DNA from: Styela clava
Taxonomy: Eukaryota
DNA: 64,000 nt
Direction: 5' to 3'
Assembly: GCF_964204865.1 (NCBI RefSeq)
Contig: NC_135256.1
Coordinates: forward strand, 11,718,001 to 11,782,000
Positions 1-16,603 of this stretch are shown piece by piece; the stretch's first letter is position 1; the number at the start of each line of letters is the position of its first letter. The translations under genes and the position numbers were made by a program. The notes under the pieces are model-generated. The model ran no database searches and was not told the origin of the DNA. It saw only the letters and a list, made by a program, of their open reading frames with translations.

Positions 1-88
1 TTATGAACAAATATATGACAGGGGATAAAGCTCCACAAACATTTTTCACAAATAATTTCATATCAAATGAAACCATCGCTTCACTTAC

Positions 89-817
89 TTTTCCACCCAT
101 TCATCCTTCAACTTTAAATCGACTATTTGATCATCCGTCAATCCCTGCATGTTAGGTGGAAGTGTTGTGCCATGTTTTGCAAGAAATTCCATCTCTGAAA
201 TAAGCGAAAAACATTTTTATATCATTGTATACCCCTGTCAATTGGCAAATAATTGTTGGGTTTTCAATTTTCCTGGTTTCTTTCTCAATTTTTAAATTTC
301 CAATTGATGATGACGAAATTTGTTGTTTTCCAAACTAACGTATATTTTACAATTTTGATTATTGACTCTATAACACATGCTGGAAGCTAATGATCAATAT
401 TACTGCTACATCTCAAAAAAATGTAACATAGCAATGCGGATATCTTATTTTAATATGAGTAGTTGGTATAATTTAACAGATTACTAAACTCATAAAATCA
501 GACATTTGAACCATGTGAAAGTTGCTATAAAAACAAACAACAGTGAGTTTGAATCTGATCATACAACTCATTCTGGCACAATTGAAATACACAGTTTTCG
601 ATTTTTCAGCAAGAAGTTAACTAATTTCACAGAAATATATTCACTTGATAATATAAAACATATATCATACATCCATACCCTGGCATATTCTATCAATTTT
701 CAGACGTGCATTGTAAATATATATTAGCTTCGATAACAATTCTTCAATATCCACCGCCACCGCAGTTTCATACAGAAATTGACTTTCATCTCCATGTTTG
801 ATATGTATGCGAACCAT
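89..817 (-). CDS. CFAP298: Cilia- and flagella-associated protein 298 (C21orf59/Kurly), first two exons; gene continues beyond left window edge
   Basis: Manual translation: exon 817-679 MVRIHIKHGDESQFLYETAVAVDIEELLSKLIYIYNARLKIDRICQ; exon 194-89 EMEFLAKHGTTLPPNMQGLTDDQIVDLKLKDEWVEK, matching the conserved LPPNMQGLTDDQI motif. GT-AG boundaries. Not in the ORF track. Confidence 0.92.
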
Positions 818-1530
818 GATGTGAAAATAATAGTTGAGCTGTGTGTTCTACATTAAAAAATCAAAAAAGAATCAATCTCATCTGCTTGAACTGGATTAAA
901 TTAAAAGTTTGGTATTACAACAGCAGACCAGTGATTGAGTTTCATTTGATCCAAAAATATGCAAAGTAGGTATTCAAGAAAAACAAATGATATAGCCAAT
1001 TTGAGTTGAAGTCGTGTCAATAATATTCATTATGCCCATATTACATTGAGACTATACCACAAAGACGTACGATTCTAATTGTCTTGTCTATTTATTTATC
1101 TTTATTCATAAAAAACATTGAATGGAACAGAAAGTATTAAAAATATATAGTTTTTAAGGGTAGTTAATACAGTAATACTTTGTAAGTATCTAGTAGTACC
1201 GTACTATTCGAATATGTTCTTTGCGTATAGTCTATTGAAAACTCATTTCAATGAACTAACTATTCGTCCATATTCCTGTATTCAAAGTACTGTGACACTA
1301 ACGGCCGGAATAATAACTATACCCGACCAAAACCCCCGACTAGGTTTATTTTTAACGAATCTGACTGAAGTGAACAGCCCAAATTCTCGCATCACGAATA
1401 ATTTTATTACCAATATATTAATCATAAACATTTAGAACTATATTCCAACATAAATCAAAATTTTAAATACGTCATTGTCATTGCGTTATTTTACAATTTA
1501 TGCACGAGTGCGCAGCATGAATAACACAAC

Positions 1531-1544
1531 GTTGCTATGGCAGC
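1531..1544. promoter_or_regulatory. RFX X-box in divergent CFAP298/SPATS1 promoter
   Basis: GTTGCTATGGCAGC is 1 mismatch from the X-box GTTGCTATGGCAAC. It lies ~100 bp upstream of the SPATS1 ATG, between two head-to-head genes. Confidence 0.7.
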
Positions 1545-1639
1545 GTTCACACAGTATGTGGTCGCATTGTGCTTTTCCTATGATTCGATTAATTTCGTGA
1601 TTATGGGGGAAATACAAAACAAATTGTTCGCCTAATTGC

Positions 1640-3586
1640 ATGATGACGCAAGTCGAAACAAGAAACGATGAATTGGCTAAAGTTGAAACAATAAGTGGTG
1701 AGATAGTTCTTACTTATTATTATTATGACGATGCTATATTTTGAGGCCGATAAACATACAATATCATACAGTCATACACACGCGAGTACTGAAATTACTG
1801 CGAGTAGTACAGTATGTACAATACAAAAGATATATTGTGACGGTTTAAAACAGGTTCTGGTTTATTTGACAGACGTGAAGGATGTTCAACCACAGGAAAA
1901 CCGCAAAGGTCATGGACGTTTGTACATTCCTCATGGAAGGGGGGAAGAAGATGTTTATAAACCACATGCTCAGCACATTGATGTGGAATACTCCGAGTAA
2001 GTCTTTAAAAAGATAAATATATTACTAGATAAAATTATAATTGGTATTACGAATCATGAGTATCAATCTTGGAAATGTAGTTTTGAGATATAGTATTGTT
2101 GAAATCATTAATTGATGGTGGAGATGATAAATATCTTGAATTCTAATGAAAAACCTAAGTCTTAACATTGTGTTTTATTATATGATTTATCTGTCAATAC
2201 TGCCATGCATATTTTTCTTCTACTGTAGCTGCAAATTATGGTTGTACGTGATTACTATGTTCGCAAGAATATATATTACAGCTGGTGACCCTGCGAATAT
2301 TACAAATGCTACGTAATGCTAGCAGTGACCAGATTCATCTGTTAATGTCAGTTATTTTATTTATGCTTTTAATTTTTCACAGATGCGGTCCAGATTGGAG
2401 TTCTATGATCAGATGGCTACCACCCCCTTCACCTGGCAAAAAACCGAAAGAAACAACGTTTTATCCACCACTTGAAAGACTTCGCCGTTTTCCAGATAAA
2501 TCCAATGTAACAACATCAAAAGAATATCAGTTTTATCCTCCCCATGGTATTCCACTGGTTTACAGCAAAGGAAAGGTCACCACTTTTGATAGTGTGCATC
2601 TTGCAAGTCAAAGAACTTACAATGAGATTACAGATATAGAACAGTTTGGTAGAAAAGGCTTTGTGTTGGACACTCGTGACGGATATCCTTCTGCATCAGC
2701 AGGAGACAAACCATATAGAATTCCAGAATATTCACCTAATTTTCACAAATTTGGATCAACAAGACCAGTAGTCAATTTTGGGTAAGATGTTCAATAAGTA
2801 ACATATTATAACCTCATTTCACAGTGAACACATGTGGATAACATTTTGTGATCAACTATATAGAACAAATCACAAAATATGTTAAAAAATTCATTTAAAA
2901 AAAGGATTTAAAGTACAGGGAGTCCTCGACTTACGACGTTGTTCCGTTTTCGAGACGCGGTGTAACCCGAATTTCAGTGTAAGTCGGAACATTATACTAT
3001 ACAGTACATAAATTACTCTATACATATCGTCCTGTATTGGTGTATTGGTAAATATGGTACTGTAATAAAATGTACAAATACTGCAAAAAAAGTACTTAAT
3101 TAGAAAAAAAGAAAACAACATGAATATCACATGAATAAAAGCAAATACTGTACAGTACAGTATTATCTTTTATATTTTTCATGGAGTGCGTTCGTAACAT
3201 CGAAACAACGTTATGGAGTGCGCGTTCTTAACCTCGAAACAGCACAAGTCGCGGCTGTCATAACCCGAGAACTCCCTGTACTTGAAAATTTAACTCCTTG
3301 AAGCCTCATCCTTTTCACATTTACAGTGGTTTCAAAGCAGAAATGGCAGATACATTCATACCGCTGCAGGCACTCTCGCCCACACCAGTGTAAGTAAATG
3401 TTTTTTAGTAAATGTTTCCAACTCAACCATTGGAAATTTTAACTTATTCAAATTGAATTTGATAGGAAACCATATACGGTTGTGGAAGCAGAAAAAAAGA
3501 AGCAGGAAGAGGTAAATGAAGTGGAATCTCTAAATCAATGGAGACCTGCATCACCCCTCCAAGTCCCAATAGCAGAATGGCGATAA
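1640..3586 (+). CDS. SPATS1: Spermatogenesis-associated serine-rich protein 1-like (5 exons)
   Basis: Phase-consistent exons 1640-1697, 1873-1996, 2383-2781, 3327-3389, 3466-3586. C-terminal GDKPYRIPEYSPNFHKFGSTRPVVNF...DTFIPLQAL...EVESLNQWRPASPL resembles the SPATS1 C-terminal domain. Confidence 0.8.
2916..3278. mobile_element. Tc1/mariner (Tigger/pogo-like) MITE in SPATS1 intron
   Basis: TIRs CAGGGAGTCCTCG ... CGAGAACTCCCTG flanked by TA on both sides. Confidence 0.75.
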
Positions 3587-4481
3587 TTATCAGTATACAT
3601 CCTGTGATTTTTTTTTCGTGGCATTGCGTGCAATTAAAAAATATTGTTTTTCAAATCAGTCTATATTGCTAAATAAATAAGTTCTGGAAAAGTTCAGCTT
3701 TTTCTAACTTGAGAATACTTGAACCTAATTGTGTTTATGATTTCGAATATTATTGGCTGTTATTTGTTTGCTCGAGTGAGAAAAAAGTATTCAAAGTGTT
3801 CACCTATGTGGCACTTTTAAGTCTTCTGCACTGCACTATTTGCTGTAATTCAAACCTCAACATAAATTGAACTCCTGTCAGGTATGGAATAAATAGGTAC
3901 ACAGATTGTACAGACATTTAACAATGAAAGATTCATTCGAGAAGCATTTTCTGCCTCCAGAGGATAATTGACTGAACCGCTTTGTCTGCTACACACTGTG
4001 ATGACGCAAAGCTCCAATCCATAGTATTTTAATCTTTAAATAGTTGCAAGCTTTATATATAAAAAAAAAACTAATATTCTAGGCACCATTTTAAATCACA
4101 ATGATAAAAATACGAGTCAACCATGAACCTTTACAGTGAAATGCTAACGAAAAGAGTTAAATGGAATGTAAAAATTATAAGGTTTTACATATACAGTACA
4201 CAAAAATTATACACCCTGCAGTGGATGACATAGTCATCATTTGACAGGACAAGATGTAATTTTTATTTTGGCAAATATATTCTGGGAATTGGAAGATGAC
4301 TAGGTATAGGTGACTAATTAGGCTCAATAATGCACAGTGATTCTCTAGACTAATTTTTCAGATAATAGTGTACTTGAAAATATATTATAATAGCTTGTCA
4401 AGAAATGCGGCTTGCCATGGATATTCTAGTATCAAGTTGAAACACTTTTTGCCATTTGTACAATTGGGCAATCTTTTCTAA

Positions 4482-7400
4482 TCACCTCCAGACACGACAA
4501 GTATTGTCTTTGCTTCCAGTTATTATGGTGTCACCTTCATAATTAAAAGCACAGCTGAAGATTTCATCAGTATGCCCTTCCAATGTCTGTTGACATTCAC
4601 CTAGAAATGATAAAACAATATGTATGCCAATAATGTTCTAATCATAATAAACTCTATTATAGTCAAACTGAATATTTATATACTGGTGCCCTGGGAGATG
4701 TACAAAAACTTTTATTTAATAAAAAATGTTTTCACATTATTCAAACATCTTGTGAGCTATGCAAACATACAATAAACTTCCCATGACATAGATAACATAT
4801 ATTATTCTCCTGCTGTGGAGAGAATGTCTAACCTAATGGTCTTTTAATAGTTCACATACAGCACACTGGAACAGGAAGTCTACATATTATTTTTGAAATT
4901 TGACATTGGGTAAACGAGGAAATTAAGTTTGAGACTTGAGAACACCTGTGCTGGGATATTAATTGCCCAGAATTCATTCATGCACTTGCACTGACAACCC
5001 ACAAGAAGAGTGTTAGGATACTAACCTGTAACAGCATCCCATAATCTTGCAGTTTTGTCGGAACTTGCAGTTAATATCCTACTTCCTTGAGGATTAAAAC
5101 AAATTTTTGATATTTCGCCTTCATGTCCCTCTAATTTAGCAATACACTTCTGCGTACCAGCATCATATAATCTACCGGTACCTGAAAAAATAACAGACAA
5201 ACTAAAAAACACAGCTAACACTTCATAATTTCCTCCAATTCATTCAAGATTACATTTGACCTGCCCTTATGGGGGCCATTTTGCTTGAAAGTCCCCAAAC
5301 TCATTATAAGCTAAGGACATGTTCTTGAGAAACCAAATCCCAAGAATATTAGTGATTGCGGCTGATCTTCGGTGAAACTGTGTGATATGAAATTCAAACA
5401 AAGAAAACAACACAATTTATTTTTGAAAAATGATGGTGTCATTATCAGTATAATAATATTTAGAACCGAATATATTGAACTCACTATCAGCAGATGCACT
5501 AACGATGTTTTGACCAGTGTAATTAAATCCGACATCCAGCACTTCATCATCATGTCCACGCAGAGTACCAACACATTGACCAGTTCTAATATCCCATAGC
5601 TGGAAATTTTATAAGATAAATAACATATCAAATTTACGAAGGCATAGTTACAAAAACAATACGTGGGTTCGCCAGTACAGCTGCAGAGCAGTGCAGTTTA
5701 TGGAAAAGTGGATTGGTTACAGCTTCCTCTACTATTCCAATCATGTTAAAAATGAGTGAACTCATTCCATTCAAAACACAAGAATATAACAATACATTTC
5801 TTTTGAATTATAACAAAACGCATTGAGAAAGATTGTTTTAGATATTTAGGTTGGCAAAGCTCCTGCAGTTCTATGTTCATGTAGAGATGAAGGAAATAAT
5901 TCTTTTACCTTGCATGTTTTATCCATAGATGCAGACACGACAAGAGAACAATCCCAATTGAATTGTGCGGTTGCTATTTCCCCCCTGTGCCCAATCAAAG
6001 TGTTCATACGTACGCCGGTATTAACATCCCAGAGAGACACCGTGTGGTCAAAACTGCCAGTTAAAAGGTGGTCGCCTCCAGTGTTGAATGACAAAGAAAT
6101 TATCTCGGCAGAATGACCCTAAATAAATCAGATTGAATAAATTAACACTGGTATCAAATCAATATATTACATTATGTCTGTTTGATTGAATCTCACCGTC
6201 AATGTAGAAAGCTCAGCACCAGTTTGTATATCCCACAATTTAGCTGTAGTGTCCATAGACCCAGTTGCAACAACTGTACTTTGTGGATTGAAAGAAAGAC
6301 ATACAATTTCTGACATATGTCCGCGATAAGTGAAATAACACTGACCGGTTTCTGCATTCCATAATTTACAAGTTTTGTCAAAACTTCCAGTGGCGATTTT
6401 ATCACTGCAAAGAACAAATAAAAAATGATGATTAACATAAAACCTGTTATTAGTTAGACAATATGATTTTATTTTTATTTATCATGAAGATATTTGTTGT
6501 TTGGGCATGTCATTGTAAACTCACATTTGCTTTCCTATGGAGTGTTTCGAAAATTGATATTTTTGAAAAAATGATATTTTCGCACCCTGGGAGAACATGT
6601 GGATGGGTCTCTTCTAATCTGAATCAATTCACTTTTGTTAAATAGATGAAATCATTTTTAACATCATTCATGGAGCATTAATGGATCTCATGATAGCCCA
6701 GGAGAACATAGCAAATTTGATTTTTTATATTTAAAATACCAACCTAGCAATATCATAAAGTTATATGTGGGATGGGAGATTTTAAAGAGTAGGCTATATT
6801 ACAAAGAGAAGTAGTTATCGATGAACTAATACTGACATAATAAATTTGAATCTTATACTAAGAGAAGCTCCTCTTACCCGTATGGATTATTGAAGGCAAT
6901 TGCATATACTACATTTCTGTGTCCCTCTAAGGTTTGCAACTCTTCGCCACTCGATGTATCCCACACTTTACAAGTGCGGTCATAGCTTCCGGTTATAAAA
7001 CTAAAATACAAAAGATCTTTTTCTTCATAAATCCATATCCATAAACCTATGGATTTTTTGTTTAAATGTAAAATGAATAACTTTATACTTTGTTTTATTA
7101 TTATTAAGTACATGAGTTATATATATACAATTCTCCGCATATTTGAATGTAAAAACGTACTCTTTAAACTCAATAAATCCGAGTAGCGTAACACAAGGCT
7201 ATCTTTTTCTATGCCCATATTCAATTTTTGGATAGGACAGGACTGTTTTTTTTTTGGAAAATGATTTCTTCTACTAAGAATAATCATCGGAAGTATAGAT
7301 GACTCGAACTCATTCTTACCAGGAGCCTGATTTATTGAAGGCAACATTGGTCAATGGAAGTATATGTGCTCTCAATACTTTGAATAAATAGAAATGGTGA

Positions 7401-7995
7401 TCTCCGATCTGAGATAATTTAGACTGCAGTTCTGCAAAAAAATATGATTATTATAAAAACACAAATGAAATACCGGGAAATTATAATATCCAAGGATTTT
7501 TATCAGACATTTCAATTCTGAATTTTTTATTATAAGGCAAACTTGAATTTGCTAATCATATCAATGTCTTTCCCATTATCAAGCTGTCCTCCCTGGCCCC
7601 ATTTGCCATTCAAACTCCTTTCCTTTTTTATACAAAACCTGTGAAGACAAACTGGTTTCAGAATTTAAATTTGCATTTTTAGACTTTAGACAAATTATTT
7701 ATTTCACCTTACTCTTTATTAATAAAAAATTATCGTGAAAGAAGTAAATAGATTCCAACCTTTAAATTGTAAAACATAGATTGGTCTTACTTTGTAGTAG
7801 TTTATGTACTTGTGATAGTCTTGACTTTGATATCAATGGTTCTGATTCGAAGACATCACTTAAGATTTTGTCAATATTTGAGTCCGGTTTTAAATCCAAC
7901 AAATCAACCGATTTTGTTTTTGTAACTCCGCCTTTCTCATATTCCAATATGATTCCAGGTGGATAGTAACGTAAAAGAAACCTTTTCAGTTTCAT
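4482..7995 (-). CDS. DAW1: Dynein assembly factor with WD repeats 1 (WDR69/ODA16), multi-exon
   Basis: N-terminus [23 protein letters not shown]; WD40 exons [45 protein letters not shown]; ends KDNTCRVWR* at 4482. Confidence 0.96.
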
Positions 7996-10339
7996 TATAT
8001 CACAAAATTATTGAAATATGAAATTCAGTATTTTATTCACATCAGCTAAACTATTATTTGCTGATCCTGACAAAAGCAGAAACAAGATAATTTAAAAAAC
8101 ATGTACTAAACAATAACTATGACAACTTCATATTACTGCTCTAGATGCTCCTAAAAAACTACAAAAAAAAAAATTTGAAACAAAAAATCATTTTCTTATT
8201 CCACAAAACTGTTATATTACAGTATCATGCATGTATGTGAAAATATGGATACTGATATTTTCGTTCTCCGATTACAGTCATATGCATAAATCTGTAAATG
8301 AACGATTCTTTTTTTCGCACAAAATAAAATCACTTATAAAAATCATACCTTTCCGTATAATATTCAAAAATTTTCATTTGCAATTATGAGAAAATCTAAG
8401 TTGTATGAGTACCGTAGTGTACCACAATGGACAAGTTACACATAATAAGTCCGATGCCCCCCCCCCTTTTTTTCAGTTTTAGATTATAAATACAGAAATA
8501 AAATTTTCTAATATTCTTGTTTCAGAACCTGCTGAAAATAACCAAACTGCAGAACTGGCTATTTAAACTGACAGATATTACCCAAAAGACAAATTTTCGC
8601 AAAGAATAAATGAACGCAATATCAAAATATACGTCCTGGCGTCGGGCATAACTACGATTGTACGACGACCACAAGCAGCCAAGTTGATTTTTGTCAAAAA
8701 TATGAATAACTGCAATCGGGCACTTGCACATTTATATAATGAATAAGTTCAGAAGTTTGACAGCTAACAGGCTAACGAGAACTTGAAGGCTCGGCTAGTC
8801 TCGAATATGGTGAACAATTTCTCACTAGAAATTCAAATGAATGTTTTCCGTACTACAGAGATTGGTTATTATCTATTGCTATGAATCTCTCACTTGTATG
8901 AATTCTGATGTGTATATTTAATTTTTTACGATTGTCATTATACACGTTTGTCAATTTTTCGTGCTTTAATTTTTGTGTTGATTCTTGCATGATAGAAATA
9001 AATTATCTGAATCTGAATCTGGTTACTTTCGTAGAATTTCGACCGGTACAAGCATATATTATGGATGTTTCCTCGACCTTTGAACTCAAAAAATTCTTTT
9101 TTGATGCAACGGAAAGCAGAATGACCATTGAGGTATTTCGACTCCATAATCAGTATAAAAGACGATATAGTAATTGATGAAAACGAACAAAAAAACTGAT
9201 CACATATTCAGGAGATCAATCAAAACTTCAAGTAGGGTCCAGGTCTTCTGCATTTTGTCTGCCCGTTTGAAAAACTCTCCCTTTCTCTCGGTTGTTTTGT
9301 TTCTTTCAGAGTTGTATGTTAGTCGTTGTTTCAAAGTACCCAAAATCAAATTGATCGAAACGTATTTGAATTGAAAGGTGTTGCCAAACAATGAGGTACG
9401 TGTTCCATAAATCTAAAAATTCTAAAAACACAATTTGCAATTGACAAATAGCATGTAAAACTGAGAAAATGAACTAATAACGTCATCGTAACTATTCGTA
9501 TGTTTTGTTTTTATTTTTATAAGTGAGAGAGAGATCATTTCATTTTGTCAAACCAAGAAAACAATATATACATACATACATAACAAATAAACAGATGTTT
9601 TCGGTACATGACTGGGAGGCAACGATACGACCTTTGGAGGTCAACAGTCATAAGTTTTAATGTGGGGCTCTGTGAATAATAGTCAACCTCTTCGCGGCCG
9701 CCATGGCACCAAAAGTTTGAGAACCCCTGGGTTAGGCAATGCTATATTTAACGACGTGCCCAAAAAATACGTGTGATATATGTGCACACGACTCAGTTGT
9801 GCAATTGATGAGCATCGAAATGGCCACGATTGAAATGAAATTAGAAAATAAAGATGGAATTCGTGAAAATAGTTGCGTATTCAGAAATTGATTATTGCCC
9901 AAACTTATTAGTTTTGAAATTTATGAAAAAAAGAACAATTAGCATAACGATTCATAGTTACATTTCGTGCATACAATTATCGGATCCCTATGAATCACTG
10001 AACGGAAAATACATGAAACGATCTTCTCTCTCGTTTTGCGTTGTCGCAGCGCGGGACAATTTGATCGCCGCCATCTTGACGTTTATGCTTCCAAAGTTTC
10101 TTCGTGTTGCATCTGGTTTTGGACAGTTTTTCGTCTATTTTACTATCCAGCGCCACATATGGATCTATATGCGACTTTTTGTGGGTATTCAAACATAATT
10201 ATACACGAGTTGGGAATTTATAGCCTGATGTGGATCTCGTTCTTGAAAATATTTGGTTGTTCAAACGATTATAGGCCTACATTAGATATAAGTGGAAACA
10301 ATTGTTTTTGCCATATATCATAAAAATGCAATAACCTCC

Positions 10340-10610
10340 ACGGGGAAGCTTCCACCTAAGTCTTCGGCAGAGGGCGAAGCGCAGTTTAGTTGGTACTCCC
10401 GTAGACTGTGTACCAGATTGGGGTTAGGCCATAACTTTATTCCGACTTTCCTCATTCTAGTTGTATTACGTGTTCGGGGATTGTGTGTGTGTTAGCCAAG
10501 TGAATATATCCTGTGTCCATGGGTTTCTGTCCCTTTACACAACTTGGTGTAGAGTAGGCGAACAATATTAGTTACCTCCATATTGGTACACGCACACGCT
10601 CTTCAGTTTT
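10340..10610. repeat. Dispersed non-coding repeat (second, partial copy at ~25530-25650)
   Basis: Shared ttag(c/t)caagtgaatat...gtccctttacacaact...aggcgaacaa.attagttacct.catattggtacac between the two loci. Boundaries approximate. Confidence 0.6.
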
Positions 10611-11683
10611 ATTTATATGTACAGCCTGGGTACTACGGAACCAGGCCACGCAATGATTCGCTTTTGACTGATACGTTGGCCATGTTATTGACCCACGACC
10701 TTCGCAAATTTATAAAACTGCCAAAATTAGCACCGTATGGTGGGCAGGGATATACTAGCGTTTGATACATAATGAGACACGAATCAAGATCAGGAGAATA
10801 TGCGAGAAAAATCGACGCAAATGATTGATTTCTACCAAATCGCATAAGAAATGCATTACGCTCCTCGCAAAAGTTGGAAGTCTATCGACAAAACGAGAGA
10901 GCATTCAAATGGTCCCGCGGAAACGAGAGAAAAGCGCACTCTATTTATATATCTCTGTGCTATGAATCCATAAGAAAGCTTTCGTCATCCATGCACTCAA
11001 TAAGTGATGTCATAATTGAACTCGTGAGATACTTTTTCGTGCGCACAGAATTTTGGGAATCGGTGTAAACATTAGATTGTTTTCAGTTGTGCTTCTGAAA
11101 TTTATGTATAAATAAAATAACTCAATGGTCAATTTCTGGAATCAAGGATGCGGGATACGTACATTGCCACATGCCAGCCTGATGCAAGGCATCTGGGGTT
11201 AAAGGTCAAATGAACTCGTGCCAAAGTTCATGCTGTGTAATGTAATTACTTCAATCGTGTTTTTATTTTATTTTAAGTCAGTACCGGTATGTCCGAGTCT
11301 GTGAAAATTTGCTTCCTAATCTTGGACACCACACAGCAGTACTATAAAGGTCTATTACCAGTGCTGTGACGGTATTAGACTACTAGTATAATATTTGTGT
11401 TATCTAGCTCTTTCTGCAGTCCTGGTGCCAAGTTGTCAGTGATTTGACAATTGCTTTATTTCGTTATTGGCACAAAATAGGTTCACTTTTATTTGGACTC
11501 GCAATAGCCCACTGCAATAAAACGCTGGAGAAAGCCTAAACTTATCTTTCTAGGTTTAACTTATATTAAAATCTTTTTTTTTTTTCAAATCAGATATTTG
11601 AATTAATCTATAACCTTATTTCATAGCGTTTTTGAATCGTAAGTACGGTTTACAGCTCGAGTTCAGAAGTTGCTGTTCACTGA

Positions 11684-15339
<3,656 letters not shown>

Positions 15340-16603
15340 TTCATTGAAAAATAAATAACTTCCGAATTGCATGCAATGTTCAGTGAATTTTTGGTCAGGT
15401 TAGAGAAATAGGAGAGTGTTGGCTATCTTGACCACCGGTCACTGTAGTTTTTATGGGCCTTCCAGAAAATCTGAATTTGCTCCATTTCTTATATGAAATT
15501 TTCTTATTTGAATGTAAAACGTTAGGGATGGGAAGTCGTGGTTATTCATGTATGTGATGTTACTGCTATATAAATATAATATACCAGTAGCAGAGTTCTT
15601 AGGATCTCATTGACGCCCGTGTCTGCTAAACGACGGACGTCACCCCCTGGCCCATTATCTTATATGATATCAAACAACTGTCACATAAGTTGTAATATCA
15701 ATATATTGAAGTAATTCCACGAATACCATGCATAAAGATTTCATTGGGATTCGACAACATCATGAGCTGATTAGAATTTTTAAATGGTCATCAACTTGGG
15801 ACATAATAGCATGTTTTTATACAATATTTCATTGCATTCTTGCAGTCTGATAGGTCAAGAGCCACTCACTGTATACATGGGGGAAATGTTTAACGGTTGC
15901 GCCATATCATATAATATGGCCGAAACATGTTTAAAATTGTCGCCAACATTTTAGCAGTATTATTCCCCCGATTGCTAATGTTTTATATTCAAAAATGCTG
16001 CAAACCTGGGAAAATGTTAGCTGGCGAATCCGGACTGCAGCTAGATTTTAATAAACTATTTTTGCTCTTGAACTTTGTTCCGGTTACGGTCCCGCTCGCA
16101 AAGACATGAAAAATACTGAGAGAGAACATGCATTTTATTCCTTCAGTGACAAATTACCATGAACATGGTTTCAGTTAGCCGCATTAAAAAAGCAAAGATA
16201 TTAATATATATATATACCAGTTTTTATAAAAAACTTGAAATCACCACACTAATCAGGAGACTTCACTTCTGTGGGTAATTTTGACGTTCAGCGCAGACAT
16301 ACAATACCTACTAACCATACTATCTCAGTTTTCCCCCAAGGCTCAAGCGTCGGCCCAGACTCGATTGGAGGTAATAGACAGATTATTTGACATGGCAATA
16401 AAATTTCCTAAGTAGAATTCACCGCCCATTCAAACATTACATTGCAAACGCAAAAATCCAAGGCAGTTGGTGCCTACAACATCTGATTCAATCCTATCGT
16501 TCCCAGATGACAATGTATTTTATTGCAGGGAAGAATTTTGAACTCCCATCTTCGCGTTTTGGGCAGCTGTGACCATTCAGATACCAACACTGCAGTCTAC
16601 CTA

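Noticed and set aside
15400-16600. Possible extra gene between RIOK2 and COQ4
   Set aside because: No convincing ORF or exon chain; likely convergent 3'UTRs.
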